Part shown: positions 11,639-21,877 of the stretch, piece by piece
Layout of the letters: each line of letters starts with the position of its first letter
Position numbering within the stretch: position 1 is the first letter of the stretch
NCBI GenBank assembly: GCA_038207085.1
Contig: JBBRAE010000023.1
Span: forward strand, 1-46,395
Reading direction: 5' to 3'
Length of the DNA stretch: 46,395 bases
Origin: Armatimonadota bacterium
GTDB lineage: Bacteria; Armatimonadota; UBA5829; DTLH01
The notes under the pieces: generated by a model
Database searches by the model: none
What the model was told of the DNA's origin: nothing
Seen by the model: the letters and a program-made list of their open reading frames with translations, nothing else
Position numbers and translations under genes: made by a program

Positions 11639-12058
11639 ATGGCTGAGAGAACGATGACCTTGGAAATTGTGACGCCGGACCGTATGGTCGTCTCTGACCC
11701 GGAGGTCGTCTCAGTCACCGCGCCGGGTGTGTCGGGCTACCTCGGCATTCTGGCAAACCACGCGCCGCTTATGACCGAGCTTCGCGTCGGGGAGATCGAC
11801 TACCGCCGATCCGACGGCACTGAGGTCCACCTGGCAGCAGCGCAGGGGTTTATGGAGGTCGCCGACAACAAGGTGACGATCCTCACCGACTCCGCCGAGC
11901 GCGCCGATGAGATAGACCTCGGCCGTGCAAAGGCCGCAGTCACCCGGGCCGAAGAGCGCCTCGTGCATCGTCAGGAGGAAGGTATCGACGCCCTTCGCGC
12001 CGAAGCCGCACTCCTGCGAGCTGTCAACAGGCTGCACGTGGTCGAGCGCTACATGTAG
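11639..12058 (+). CDS. atpC: F1 subunit epsilon
   Basis: LEIVTPD, GILANHAP. Confidence 0.97.
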   Translation: MAERTMTLEIVTPDRMVVSDPEVVSVTAPGVSGYLGILANHAPLMTELRVGEIDYRRSDGTEVHLAAAQGFMEVADNKVTILTDSAERADEIDLGRAKAAVTRAEERLVHRQEEGIDALRAEAALLRAVNRLHVVERYM

Positions 12059-12074
12059 AGTGATATAATCCATT

Positions 12075-12107
12075 GCAAATGGCCGGGACTTGTTCCCGGC
12101 CATTTGC
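12075..12107. terminator. 14-bp stem-loop after atpC
   Basis: GCAAATGGCCGGGA-cttgt-TCCCGGCCATTTGC. Confidence 0.55.
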
Positions 12108-12110
12108 GCA

Positions 12111-12190
12111 TTATCGGCAGCACACGGCAGTTCACGGCAATTTGCGGTAATTTTCGGCACTATATGGAACATTTTGGCCGAATTCGAGGT
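12111..12190 (+). repeat. 10-bp-period degenerate direct-repeat array upstream of the excisionase-like gene
   Basis: ttatCGGCAg cacaCGGCAg ttcaCGGCAa tttgCGGTAa ttttCGGCAc tataTGGAAc atttTGGCCg, followed by TATAAT at 12190-12195. Confidence 0.75.
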
Positions 12191-12250
12191 ATAATATATG
12201 TAGGGGACGACCCATCAGTCTCCCAGCAGCAGTTTTGGAGGAATGCTTCA

Positions 12251-12553
12251 ATGCAGCAGATACTCACAGTCGAGCAGGTCGCAAGTTACTTCGGGAAAAG
12301 CCCTCGGACGATCCGCCTCTGGATCACAAACGGCAAGCTCCCCGCCCGCAAGGTCGGCAAGTCCTATCTTGTCACCCAGGATGCAGTGAGCGAGCTTGTC
12401 AGCCCCCAACCCCTCGCCAAAGTCGACCGCAAGCATTCCGTTCGGGAGTTCCTCAGTTTCATGTCCGGCTGTAGTGCGAGCCTCGCAGATTTTCAAGCCC
12501 GACAGGAAGAGGAGATGCGCCTGGAGGAAGCCGCCTGGGGTAAGAAGAGTTAG
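12251..12553 (+). CDS. Excisionase-like (HTH_17/MerR-like) DNA-binding protein, probable antitoxin
   Basis: ILTVEQVASYFGKSPRTIRLWITNGKLPARKVGKSYLV; GGAGG SD; abuts the PIN gene. Confidence 0.85.
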   Translation: MQQILTVEQVASYFGKSPRTIRLWITNGKLPARKVGKSYLVTQDAVSELVSPQPLAKVDRKHSVREFLSFMSGCSASLADFQARQEEEMRLEEAAWGKKS

Positions 12554-12949
12554 ATGTCCTACGTCCTCGATGCAAGCGCCATAATCGCCCTCGCCCGCAA
12601 TGAAAAAGATGCACTAAAGACCGTCGGCGACGCCCTGGAAAGCGACAAATGCTACGTCACCCCTCCCACGCTCGTCGCAGTCTACTATTACCTATATGAA
12701 AACGATGGGGAAGCTCGCGCCGACCACTGGCTCGACTACATGATGAACGGCAAGATAGTCGGTGTCGACTCCTGGGGGGATTCGGACCTGCTGAAAGAAG
12801 CCGCCCGCGCAAGGACCATCGCCCGTCTGCCGCTTGATTCCACATTCGCCGCCGCAGTCGCCCGCCGCCGGGACGTGCCCATTATCACCGCGCTTTCAAA
12901 CTTCGAGGACCTCGCCGCTGCCGGTTTCTGCCGGGTCAAGTGGCTGTAG
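12554..12949 (+). CDS. PIN-domain (VapC-like) protein
   Basis: YVLDASAIIAL and LPLDSTFAAAVA..VPIIT. Some acidic active-site positions look substituted. Confidence 0.8.
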   Translation: MSYVLDASAIIALARNEKDALKTVGDALESDKCYVTPPTLVAVYYYLYENDGEARADHWLDYMMNGKIVGVDSWGDSDLLKEAARARTIARLPLDSTFAAAVARRRDVPIITALSNFEDLAAAGFCRVKWL

Positions 12950-13065
12950 AGCGCGCCGAGCTGGCCCCCTTCTGAACTCGCACGAAAACGTGTATAATAG
13001 ATCGGTATAGAATGTCCAGGTAGTTTTGCCTGGGCGGAACGCTCCCTGTAGCGCGTGAGGTCACT

Positions 13066-14529
13066 TTGAAGCAAAGAAAGCTCCTGCTCCCGATTTTCGC
13101 GGTCGTGTTGACGCTCGTTGCGTCGCTTGTCGCCGGCGCATCCCAAAAGCAGCCAACACCCACTTGGATGGGCATCTATATGTCCGGGCAGAAGATGGGT
13201 TATATGAGTCTTGTGGTCGCCAAGGACAAATACCGAGGTCGCGATGCCAACCGGATCGAAAGCTTTGTGCGCACCAAGCTTGTGCTGATGCGGGTAAACG
13301 TCCAGCAGGAGATTAGAACGACCACCTTCACCGACGAGCGATATTCGCCCTTCTTCGAAACCTTCGAGACATCCTCCGGCGGGCGAAAGACGACCGTCGA
13401 GGCGACTTTTACCGCAAAAGATGTTCGCTGCCGGGTGATAACCGACAGCAGCACCTCAAGCAAGGTCGTTCCGATCCCTGATGGCACGAGCCTGATCGGT
13501 GACTCGATGTATGCGCTGGGCGCAGAACGGCTAAAGGTCGGCCAGAAGGCAAGGATGGCCTACTTCAACCCGCTCGCCCTTTCAGTCGACCCGGTCGACG
13601 TCGAAGTGATGCGCGAGGAGCAGATCGAGATCAACGGCCGCAAATACGACACGTTTGTAGTGCGAAACACCACCCCGACCGGTGACATAATGGCCTGGCA
13701 GAAGGCCGACGGCTCGCTCGTGAAGACCGAAGCGCTCCTTGGGGTGACGATGCAGATTGAAACCGAAGCCGAGGCAAAAGCCGGGGTCGACTCTAACTAC
13801 GTCCCGCCGACAGATCTGGCCGTTGTGACCTCGGTCAGGGCAAATATAGACATCCCCAAGCCCCGCGTCACCCGCAAGCTTACGGTCAAGCTCATTGGCA
13901 AAATCGACACCAGGATGGCGATATCCGACGGCTGGCAGACGGTGACCTGGCTCGACCCGGCGGAAGGCAAATCGGTCGCGCAGTTCAAGATCGAGTCAAA
14001 GCCGTTTGTGCTGGGGGACTCGCTCCAGTTTCCGATCACGGCTCCCGAGCTTGCGCCTTACCTAAGAGCGACGCCTTACCTCGATGTCGACTCTCCTGAG
14101 ATAATGGCCAAGGCCGCGGAGATCGTCGGCGTCGACAAGTCGGCTTACTCGGCGGCGCTGAAGATTCGCGCATGGGTGTCGGACAATATGAAGCCGCGGG
14201 CCGATATGGGGGTCGTCCGCCCCGCAGCCGACGTTTTGAAAGAGAAGTCCGGCGTTTGCAGGGATTACGCGGTGCTTTTCGCCTCGCTTGCCCGGGCCTC
14301 GGGTGTTCCGACCAAAGTGATCGCGGGCCTCGTCTACATCAACGGCGGGTTCTACTACCACGCATGGAACGAGTGCTACGTGGGCCGCTGGGTGGCTTTT
14401 GACGCGACGCTTGGCCGGGATTTCGTCGATGCGACCCACATCAAGCTCGCAGAAGGCGATGCAACCAACATGTTCGACCTTGCGACGGTATTTGGAAGCT
14501 TAAAAGCTGATATAATAGATTTTAGATAG
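13066..14529 (+). CDS. Secreted transglutaminase-like domain protein
   Basis: Signal peptide; Cys-His-Asp triad motifs GVCRDYA, HAWNE, FDAT. Confidence 0.85.
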   Translation: MKQRKLLLPIFAVVLTLVASLVAGASQKQPTPTWMGIYMSGQKMGYMSLVVAKDKYRGRDANRIESFVRTKLVLMRVNVQQEIRTTTFTDERYSPFFETFETSSGGRKTTVEATFTAKDVRCRVITDSSTSSKVVPIPDGTSLIGDSMYALGAERLKVGQKARMAYFNPLALSVDPVDVEVMREEQIEINGRKYDTFVVRNTTPTGDIMAWQKADGSLVKTEALLGVTMQIETEAEAKAGVDSNYVPPTDLAVVTSVRANIDIPKPRVTRKLTVKLIGKIDTRMAISDGWQTVTWLDPAEGKSVAQFKIESKPFVLGDSLQFPITAPELAPYLRATPYLDVDSPEIMAKAAEIVGVDKSAYSAALKIRAWVSDNMKPRADMGVVRPAADVLKEKSGVCRDYAVLFASLARASGVPTKVIAGLVYINGGFYYHAWNECYVGRWVAFDATLGRDFVDATHIKLAEGDATNMFDLATVFGSLKADIIDFR

Positions 14530-14601
14530 CCTTTAGCTTTTAGCAATTAGCAGTTAGCTTGCCTGCTCATCCCGACTGCTAATGGCTAAAAGCTAACAGC
14601 T
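14524..14601. repeat. Gene-less inverted GCTAANN heptamer element
   Basis: CTTTAGC TTTTAGC AATTAGC AGTTAGC, 19-nt spacer, GCTAATG GCTAAAA GCTAACA. Confidence 0.9.
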
Positions 14602-14616
14602 TAAAGGAATTTAATT

Positions 14617-14976
14617 ATGGCACACGATTATCTTTGGGTGGCGATGTTCCTCCTGGTGGGAATTGGGTTTGTAGTAGTGACGCTTTGGGCGTCGTACTTC
14701 GTGCGGCCCTACAACCCCGAGGGGCAGAAGCGATCGACCTACGAATGCGGCGAGCGGCCGAAGGGGAGCGCCTGGGTCCAGCTTAGGCCCGGCTACTATA
14801 TCTACATGCTCGTCTTCGTCATCTTCGACGTTGAAGTGCTCTTTCTTTTCCCCTGGGCGCTTTCGGTCAAGTCCATGCGGGGCTGGCTGCCGGTAGTCGA
14901 CATGGTCATATTCGTCGCTGTCCTTACGCTCGGCCTTGTATACGCCTGGAAAAAAGGCGTGCTCAAGTGGGAGTAA
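14617..14976 (+). CDS. nuoA: NADH-quinone oxidoreductase subunit A
   Basis: YECGE, FVIFDVEVLFLFPWA, YAWKKGVLKW. Confidence 0.97.
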   Translation: MAHDYLWVAMFLLVGIGFVVVTLWASYFVRPYNPEGQKRSTYECGERPKGSAWVQLRPGYYIYMLVFVIFDVEVLFLFPWALSVKSMRGWLPVVDMVIFVAVLTLGLVYAWKKGVLKWE

Positions 14977-15000
14977 TGGGGTGTTGAGCCGATAGAGCAC

Positions 15001-15204
15001 GTTGGCTCGGATTTGCAATCCGGGGCCCGGCTGGCAAACAAGGGATCTGTGATCCCGCTCATTCGGCTGCGCCCAAACAAACGGCATCACAGATGCCTAT
15101 TCTGCCAAAACGTCCCGGATCACAGATCCGGACGAACAGTTGGTACAGATTCGGACGAACTATTGTGGCTGATCCTTACGAACTGTGTAGGGCGTCCGGC
15201 GAAC
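15001..15204. repeat. Degenerate REP-like palindrome cluster between nuoA and nuoB
   Basis: GGATTTGCAATCC; GGATCTGTGATCC and its exact inverse GGATCACAGATCC; GGCATCACAGATGCC; CAGATYCGGACGAAC-like units ending at 15137, 15160, 15183 and 15204. Confidence 0.7.
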
Positions 15205-15227
15205 TTATTGTGTGAGTGGAGTAGTTG

Positions 15228-15776
15228 ATGGAACTTGAGAAAGTTGATGCGATAAAGCGTCCGATCGACGCGTTTATAGAGCCGCTTCCCGGCGGCAATA
15301 TCCTGCTTGGCAAAGCCGAAGATGTGCTTGGCTGGGCCCGCGAGGGTTCGCTTTGGTATATGCTCTTCGGCCTCGCGTGCTGCGCAATCGAGCTTATGGC
15401 TACGGGCGCCGCGCGCTACGATTTCGACCGCTTCGGGATGATGTTCCGCGCAAGCCCGAGGCAGGCTGATCTCATGATCGTCGCAGGCACAGTCACCAAG
15501 AAGATGGCCCCGAGGGTCCGCAGGCTTTGGGAGCAGATGGCCGAGCCGCGCTACGTGATCGCAATGGGCAGCTGCGCAAACGCTGGCGGCCCGTTCTATG
15601 ACTCCTACTCGGTCGTGCGCGGCGTCGACCTGATCATCCCCGTCGACGTTTACGCCCCGGGGTGTCCGCCGAGGCCGGAGGCGCTGCTGCACGCATGCCT
15701 TGAGGTCCACAACAAGATCAAGGCCGAGGCGGATGCAAAGCGCGTCAAAAAGGTCAAGGAGGTGCGCCAGAAGTGA
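15228..15776 (+). CDS. nuoB: NADH-quinone oxidoreductase subunit B
   Basis: [21 protein letters not shown]. Confidence 0.97.
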   Translation: MELEKVDAIKRPIDAFIEPLPGGNILLGKAEDVLGWAREGSLWYMLFGLACCAIELMATGAARYDFDRFGMMFRASPRQADLMIVAGTVTKKMAPRVRRLWEQMAEPRYVIAMGSCANAGGPFYDSYSVVRGVDLIIPVDVYAPGCPPRPEALLHACLEVHNKIKAEADAKRVKKVKEVRQK

Positions 15777-17413
15777 GCGTGACGATCGATAGCATCAAAA
15801 CCACATTTGCCGAGACTATCATCGAGCTCTCCGACGCAGGCGACGCGACGGCCATTCGGGTCAAGCCCGACTCGATCACCTCGGTCTGCCGCGCGCTCAA
15901 GGCCTCAGGTTTCGACTACCCAGCAAGCATCACCGGAGTCGACCGAATCGACCGAATCGAGCTCGTTTATCACCTGACAGCGCTTGAGACAGGCGAAAAG
16001 GTGATTATCAAGACCGACCTCGACCGAGAAAAGCCCGCGATTGACTCAGTTTACTCGGTCTGGAAGGGCGCCGACTGGCAGGAGCGCGAGATCTACGACC
16101 TCCTGGGCGTCGTCTTTATCGGCCACCCCGAGCTTAGGCGCATACTTCTTCCCGACAACTGGGAGGGCTATCCGCTAAGAAAAGACTACGTCATGCCCGA
16201 GGACGACATGCACGGCCTTCCCAAGGACTGGTCGGAGCTTGGCGACCCTGAGCCTGAGCTGGCTGAGGTCTGCCGGCGGACCGAGGACGGCGGCTACGTC
16301 TGCGAGCCTGTTGGGACGCTTCACACCGAAGAGGTCCAGATCAGCATGGGCCCCCAGCACCCGAGCACCCACGGCGTGCTCCGCCTCGAACTGATCCTCG
16401 ACGGCGAAACCGTCGTAGACTGCCGCCCGGACGTAGGCTACCTGCACCGCGGGATGGAAAAGCTCGCCGAGTCGCGCACGTACATCCAGTATATGCCGCT
16501 CACGGACCGATTCGACTATCTTTCGTCGATTATGAACAACGCCGTCTACTGCGGCGCGATCGAGAAGCTTGCCGCAATCGAAGTCCCCGAGCGCATCGAG
16601 TACATCCGCGTGATCATGATGGAACTCCAGCGCATCGCAAGCCACCTCGTCTTTATCGGGACAATGGGGCTCGACCTTGGCGCGACGACCCCGTTCCTCT
16701 ACTCGTTCCGCGAGCGCGAGGACATCATAGACATCTTTGAAGCGACCTGCGGCGCGCGCTTGACCTACAACTATTTCAGGCCCGGCGGCCTGAGCCGCGA
16801 CATCCCCGAGGGCTTTGAATCGAGAGTTCGCGCCTACATAAAAAAACAGCGCAAGATGCTCCCAGAGTACGATGATCTCTTGACCGGCAACCAGATATTC
16901 CTGATCCGAACGCGCGATGTAGGGATCGTGAGCGCAGAGGACGCGGCCGACTTCGCGATGAGCGGCCCAAACATCCGCGCCTCAGGCGTCCCCTACGACG
17001 TGCGCCGAAGCGACCCTTACTCGATCTATGATCGGTTCGATTTCGAAGTCGTGACCGAACCCGCCGGCGACTGCCTCGCGCGCTACATGGTCCGCCGCCG
17101 CGAGATAGAGCAGAGCCTGAACATCGTGGAACAGGCGCTTGACGGCCTTCCCGAGGGAACTTACAAATACAAGCTCCCCGCGGTCTTCAAGGTGCCTGAG
17201 GGTGAGGTCTACCACCACATCGAAAGCTCGCGCGGCGACCTCGGCTGCTACATCATAAGCGATGGCACCGCGAAACCGTATCGTCTGAAATGGCGCGCCC
17301 CGTCGTTCATCACGCTCCAAGCCCTCCCGCAGATGGTGCGGGGCTGGAAAGTCGCCGACACAGTGGCGATCCTTGGGACGACCGACGTGGTGCTTGGAGA
17401 AGTCGACAGATAA
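15773..17413 (+). CDS. nuoCD: Fused NADH-quinone oxidoreductase subunits C/D
   Basis: EREIYDLLG and YPLRKD (C) fused to [18 protein letters not shown] and GEVDR (D). Confidence 0.95.
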   Translation: MSVTIDSIKTTFAETIIELSDAGDATAIRVKPDSITSVCRALKASGFDYPASITGVDRIDRIELVYHLTALETGEKVIIKTDLDREKPAIDSVYSVWKGADWQEREIYDLLGVVFIGHPELRRILLPDNWEGYPLRKDYVMPEDDMHGLPKDWSELGDPEPELAEVCRRTEDGGYVCEPVGTLHTEEVQISMGPQHPSTHGVLRLELILDGETVVDCRPDVGYLHRGMEKLAESRTYIQYMPLTDRFDYLSSIMNNAVYCGAIEKLAAIEVPERIEYIRVIMMELQRIASHLVFIGTMGLDLGATTPFLYSFREREDIIDIFEATCGARLTYNYFRPGGLSRDIPEGFESRVRAYIKKQRKMLPEYDDLLTGNQIFLIRTRDVGIVSAEDAADFAMSGPNIRASGVPYDVRRSDPYSIYDRFDFEVVTEPAGDCLARYMVRRREIEQSLNIVEQALDGLPEGTYKYKLPAVFKVPEGEVYHHIESSRGDLGCYIISDGTAKPYRLKWRAPSFITLQALPQMVRGWKVADTVAILGTTDVVLGEVDR

Positions 17414-17434
17414 GCTCCTGCTGTATTGGTTGTT

Positions 17435-17487
17435 GGGTGGCGATTTCCGAATCGCCACCCCAAAGCTAAGACGGGATTTCCGAATCG
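17435..17487. repeat. REP-like/terminator hairpin with a partial second copy
   Basis: GGGTGGCGATT-tccg-AATCGCCACCC; GATTTCCGAATCG at 17442-17454 and 17475-17487. Confidence 0.55.
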
Positions 17488-18077
17488 ACGGCGCTATCCG
17501 CACCGTCTCTTAAAGGCTGGCGCTATGCGCCACTGGATCCCGAATGGCGTAATGCATGGCAATTGACCCACTCGCTAGCCCGGAGCGAGACTTCTTCGTC
17601 TTGGGCCTTCTGCATATTACGCTTATGGCCGCGTATATTAATAGACAACGGATGGTGCAAGTATAAGGGGACACGTTGCCGGTCTACAAGCGCTCTCCAT
17701 CTACTCCATCATCTATGGATTTTCGGCAGATAGCTTTTCGGTCAGCCACAGAGTATTCGAGCCGAAAGTCAATAAGTATTCCGAGAGAACTTTGTGGGAA
17801 TGATTGTTGAAACCTGTGGCAGTTGTTTGCAAATGTGGAAGATAACGGATCGCGCGGCACCTGTTGCGGTCATAAGTCGGCGATGGAGTCGGCATTCAAC
17901 TATGATGGTTGCATTCTTCCCGTGTCATGTCAAACAATGGAATTTCGTAGAGTTGCTAATTTGGAGCGCATTACACAGTTGGCGCAACACCTTTGGTGCT
18001 GATGGCCTATCGCGCATTCCCTATCGGGAACACTGTCGGCGCGGCGGGCGCGGCGACCGGCCACTACGGGCTAACCC

Positions 18078-18257
18078 ACGACTAAGTACGAAGTGATTAT
18101 CTACTGGAGCGAGTAGGACCAGGCGTTTATCGCCGATGGGTAAACACACAGGGAGGCGCTTGAAAACGTCGAGATAGTCATCGACGAATGGGTCGAGACC
18201 GCCCAGGAAATAGGGCGAATGATACCCGCGCCGATTGGTCGGTTGAAGTACGCTTGA
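18078..18257 (+). pseudogene. HicB-family antitoxin pseudogene
   Basis: Translates as TTKYEVIIYWSE*DQAFIADG*THREALENVEIVIDEWVETAQEIGRMIPAPIGRLKYA*. Two stops, no start codon, and the PELPGC segment is missing. Confidence 0.85.
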
Positions 18258-18279
18258 CGCTTGAGTTAGGCGTTTGAGA

Positions 18280-18308
18280 TTGACGCAAACCCCTAAATAT
18301 GGTACAGT
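18280..18308 (+). promoter_or_regulatory. Sigma70-type promoter of the lysA operon
   Basis: TTGACG-N17-TACAGT with a TG extension. Confidence 0.55.
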
Positions 18309-18387
18309 ACAAACGAATCGGCTTTGGTTTTACACAGGCTGGTTCGTTTTTTATTGAAGACTTTTGCGAGAGGGTTTTGCTAAGCAG

Positions 18388-19734
18388 ATGATGCTCCTTG
18401 GAACTCAAAAGATTAACTCAGCGGGACACCTGGAGATCGGCGGCTGCGATACGATCGAGCTTGCCGAGCAGTTTGGAACGCCGCTTTATGTGATGGATGA
18501 AGACTATATCCGTGGCAACTGCAGGCGCTTTCTAAAGGCGTTTCGCGAGGGCTACGGCGACGCCGAAGTCGCGTTTGCGGGGAAAGCTTTTATCACCGCC
18601 GCGATGTGCCGCATCGCCGACAGCGAGGGGCTTTATCTGGACGTTGCCTCCGCCGGTGAGCTTCATACCGCGCGTGTCGCCGGGTTCCCGATGGAGAAGA
18701 TCGTATTCCACGGCAGCAACAAGAGCGTCGACGAGCTTCAGATGGCGATTGACCAGGGCGTTGGCCGGGTGCAGGTCGACAACTTCCTTGAGCTTGCCAG
18801 GCTTGACGAGCTCGCCCGCGCCTCCAAAAAGCGCATCGGCGTGATGCTTCGGCTGACACCGGGCATCGACCCTCACACCCACAGGCTTATTCGCACCGGA
18901 CAGGAAGACACCAAGTTCGGGTTCAACGTCAAGGACGGCTCCGCGATGGAGGCGGTTCGCCAGGCGCTCGAGTGCACCAATATCGAGATCAGGGGCCTGC
19001 ACTGCCACGTCGGCAGCCAGCTCTTTGAGACAAGCGCGCACGAGCAGGCGATCAAGATTATGGTCACGTTTATGCAGGACGCCAAGGACGAGCTCGGCTA
19101 CCAGTGCGGCGAGCTGAACCTGGGCGGAGGGCTCGGCATCAGATACATATCTAGCCACAAGCCCCCGACCATCGAAGAGTTTGCCGAGCGGCTGATCTCC
19201 ACGGTCAAAAAAGAGATCGCCAAGCACAAGATCGCTTCCCCCAAGCTCTTTGTCGAGCCGGGGCGTTCGATCGTGGGCGAAGCCGGAACGACCCTTTACA
19301 AGATCGGCGCGATCAAGGACGTTCACATCAAAGAGGATCCAGGCGTGCGCAGGTATGTCTCGGTCGACGGAGGCCTCTCAGACAACCCGCGTCCCGCGCT
19401 CTATGAGGCCGTCTACGAGTCAGTTGTCGCCAACCGTCCTGAGGCGCAAGCCGACACGCTTGTGACGATTGTCGGCAAGCACTGCGAGACCGACACCCTT
19501 ATCACTGACACTATGATTGCCAACCCCTCCGCAGGGGATATACTCGCCGTATACTCGACCGGCGCATACAACTACGCGATGGCCTCGAACTACAACAGGC
19601 TCGCCCATCCCGCGGTTGTGCTCGTCTCGGACGGCGAGGCGGACGTGATCGTCCGCCGTGAAACTATTGAAGACCTGGTAAGCCATGACGAGATACCCGC
19701 ACGGCTTGGTGGGCAAGTGGAATTGAGGAAATAA
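18388..19734 (+). CDS. lysA: Diaminopimelate decarboxylase
   Basis: FGTPLYV, AGKAF (PLP Lys), HVGSQ, EPGRSIV, HCETD, MASNYN. Confidence 0.96.
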   Translation: MMLLGTQKINSAGHLEIGGCDTIELAEQFGTPLYVMDEDYIRGNCRRFLKAFREGYGDAEVAFAGKAFITAAMCRIADSEGLYLDVASAGELHTARVAGFPMEKIVFHGSNKSVDELQMAIDQGVGRVQVDNFLELARLDELARASKKRIGVMLRLTPGIDPHTHRLIRTGQEDTKFGFNVKDGSAMEAVRQALECTNIEIRGLHCHVGSQLFETSAHEQAIKIMVTFMQDAKDELGYQCGELNLGGGLGIRYISSHKPPTIEEFAERLISTVKKEIAKHKIASPKLFVEPGRSIVGEAGTTLYKIGAIKDVHIKEDPGVRRYVSVDGGLSDNPRPALYEAVYESVVANRPEAQADTLVTIVGKHCETDTLITDTMIANPSAGDILAVYSTGAYNYAMASNYNRLAHPAVVLVSDGEADVIVRRETIEDLVSHDEIPARLGGQVELRK

Positions 19735-20379
19735 TTGTCTGATACTCGCGGATTTCTGATCAGGATGTTCGTGCTTATAATATCGATCACGGTACATGAG
19801 TTTGCGCATGCCAAAGCTGCGTACTTGGCAGGTGACGACACTGCAAAGCAAAAAGGGCGGCTGTCGCTCAACCCGCTCGACCATCTGGACCCGATGGGCA
19901 CCATCTTTATGGTGATGTCCTCGCTGGCGGGTTTTGGCATCGGCTGGGCAAAGCCCGTGCCGGTGAACCCGGCGCGGTTCAAGCATCCGAGGTGGGATGA
20001 GCTCAGAGTCGCAATGTGGGGCCCGCTTTCGAACCTGCTGCTTGCGCTTGTGATGGGGCAACTGCTCCGAATGTTCGGCCCGAGGCTTGGCCCGAATGAT
20101 GAGTATATGCTCGGCCTGTTTGTTATAATCAACATTGCCCTGGCGCTCTTTAACTTGATACCGATCGCGCCCTTGGACGGCTCGCACATATTCGCGGCGC
20201 TTCTGCCGCCCGAGGCTGCGTATAAGTATCAGATGTTTATGGCCCGCTACGGGTTCACGATACTGATTGCGCTCATTGTGCTGCCGGGTGTTGCGCACGT
20301 CGACGTGCTCGGGACGATTCTGCAGCGACCGGCGCTTCTGGTTTTTAGACTTGTAACCGGGCTAGACCCATTTCCATAA
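19735..20379 (+). CDS. Site-2 protease (M50) family membrane metalloprotease
   Basis: HEFAH and FNLIPIAPLDG. Confidence 0.93.
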   Translation: MSDTRGFLIRMFVLIISITVHEFAHAKAAYLAGDDTAKQKGRLSLNPLDHLDPMGTIFMVMSSLAGFGIGWAKPVPVNPARFKHPRWDELRVAMWGPLSNLLLALVMGQLLRMFGPRLGPNDEYMLGLFVIINIALALFNLIPIAPLDGSHIFAALLPPEAAYKYQMFMARYGFTILIALIVLPGVAHVDVLGTILQRPALLVFRLVTGLDPFP

Positions 20380-20406
20380 ATCAAACAAAAGGCGGACAGT
20401 AAGAGA

Positions 20407-21387
20407 ATGGCCAAACAGAGGATTCTAAGCGGTATGCAGCCTACGGGCAAGCTTCATCTCGGCAACTACGAGGGAGCGCTCAGCAACTGGGTGCGGCTTC
20501 AGGACGAATACGAATCGTTTTGCTTTATAGCCGACTGGCACTCTCTTACCACGCTTTTCGAGTCGCCGGGGCAGATCCAGGAGAACACCCGAAACGTTGC
20601 GATCGACTTTTTGGCAGCGGGGCTCGACCCCGAGAAGTGCGCGATCTTCGTGCAGTCGGCTGTAAAAGAGCACGCGGAGCTTCATCTCCTGCTTTCGATG
20701 ATCACCCCCGTTCCCTGGCTTGAGCGGGTGCCGACCTACAAAGAGAAGATAGACAACCTTCAGATCGAGAGTGCGGCCTACGGGTTGCTCGGCTACCCGG
20801 TGCTTCAGGCGGCTGATATTTTGATCTACAAAGCTAACGCGGTGCCGGTCGGGAAAGACCAGATTCCTCACCTAGAGCTTTCCCGCGAGATCTGTCGAAG
20901 GTTCAACTATCTCTACGGCGAGATTTTCCCTGAGCCCAAGGCGAAGCTGACCGAGTACCCGCTGATGCCCGGGCTCGACGGTCGCAAGATGAGCAAGAGC
21001 TACGACAACGCGATCTATCTCTCCGACACCGCCGAGGAGACCTTCCAGAAGGTGCGGAGCATGTTCACCGATCCATTGAAGATCTACAAAAAGGACCCCG
21101 GCCACCCGGATACCTGCCCGGTCTTCGCGCTGCACAACATCTACTCCAAGGGTGAGACCGAGGAGATATCGACGGTGTGCAAGGCGGGGGAGCTAGGCTG
21201 CGTAGACTGCAAAAAGCGGCTCACCGCGAACCTGAACGATACCCTCGCGCCGATCAGAGAGCGCAGAGTATACTTCCAGGAGAACCCCGACAAGCTCAAC
21301 GAGATTCTCGCCGCAGGATCGGATAAAGCCCGGGCCGTAGCCGCAGGGACGATGGCAGAAGTCCGCCACGCGATGAAGATTGGGTAG
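20407..21387 (+). CDS. trpS: Tryptophan--tRNA ligase
   Basis: SGMQPTGKLHLGNY, YPVLQAADIL, KMSKS. Confidence 0.98.
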   Translation: MAKQRILSGMQPTGKLHLGNYEGALSNWVRLQDEYESFCFIADWHSLTTLFESPGQIQENTRNVAIDFLAAGLDPEKCAIFVQSAVKEHAELHLLLSMITPVPWLERVPTYKEKIDNLQIESAAYGLLGYPVLQAADILIYKANAVPVGKDQIPHLELSREICRRFNYLYGEIFPEPKAKLTEYPLMPGLDGRKMSKSYDNAIYLSDTAEETFQKVRSMFTDPLKIYKKDPGHPDTCPVFALHNIYSKGETEEISTVCKAGELGCVDCKKRLTANLNDTLAPIRERRVYFQENPDKLNEILAAGSDKARAVAAGTMAEVRHAMKIG

Positions 21388-21418
21388 ATTGCAGTGGCCA
21401 GTTATGGAGGGAACCAAT

Positions 21419-21643
21419 ATGACTCGACGATTCTTGGTGCGTCTTGAACACGACAGTGAGTTCGATGGTTACGTTGCCTTTGTGCTGTCTCTGCCGGGCT
21501 GTGTGAGCCAGGGGAAAACGGAGCAGGAGGCCCTCACCAACGTAGAAGATGCTATCGAGGGCTATCTGCAGGTTCTCAAGGATACCGGCCAGGAGATTCC
21601 CTGCGGGGACGGTGAGGTATACACCGTAGAGGTCGCCGCGTAG
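21419..21643 (+). CDS. HicB-family antitoxin
   Basis: LPGCVSQGKTEQEALTNVEDAI; GGAGG SD. Confidence 0.9.
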   Translation: MTRRFLVRLEHDSEFDGYVAFVLSLPGCVSQGKTEQEALTNVEDAIEGYLQVLKDTGQEIPCGDGEVYTVEVAA

Positions 21644-21867
21644 TGACTCGTCTTGCGAATATTTCGGGCGGGCAGGCTGTCAAAGCTTTTCAGCGAGCGG
21701 AATATGCAATTCAGCGGCAGACCGCAAGCCATATTATTATGCATTGCGAAGGCCGTATGCCATTGACCATTCCCGATCGCAAGGAATTGGCGCCGAACCT
21801 GCTTCGAGCTCAGATCAAACTGACTGGACTAACGGACGCGGACTTTCTGGCGCTTCTCAAGAAGTGA
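21643..21867 (+). CDS. HicA-family toxin, possibly degenerate
   Basis: ISGGQAVKAF..RQTASHIIM (canonical GSH is ASH here); follows HicB. Confidence 0.8.
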   Translation: MTRLANISGGQAVKAFQRAEYAIQRQTASHIIMHCEGRMPLTIPDRKELAPNLLRAQIKLTGLTDADFLALLKK

Positions 21868-21877
21868 TACAATGCAA

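Noticed and set aside
12104..12250. Long N-terminal extensions from the ORF track (also 4327, 8538, 33173, 38929)
   Set aside because: Downstream starts with proper SD sequences match the family N-termini better.
15123..15204. Repeat-spacer pattern as a CRISPR array
   Set aside because: Repeats of about 15 bp and spacers of about 8 bp are far too short, the units are degenerate, and there are no cas genes.
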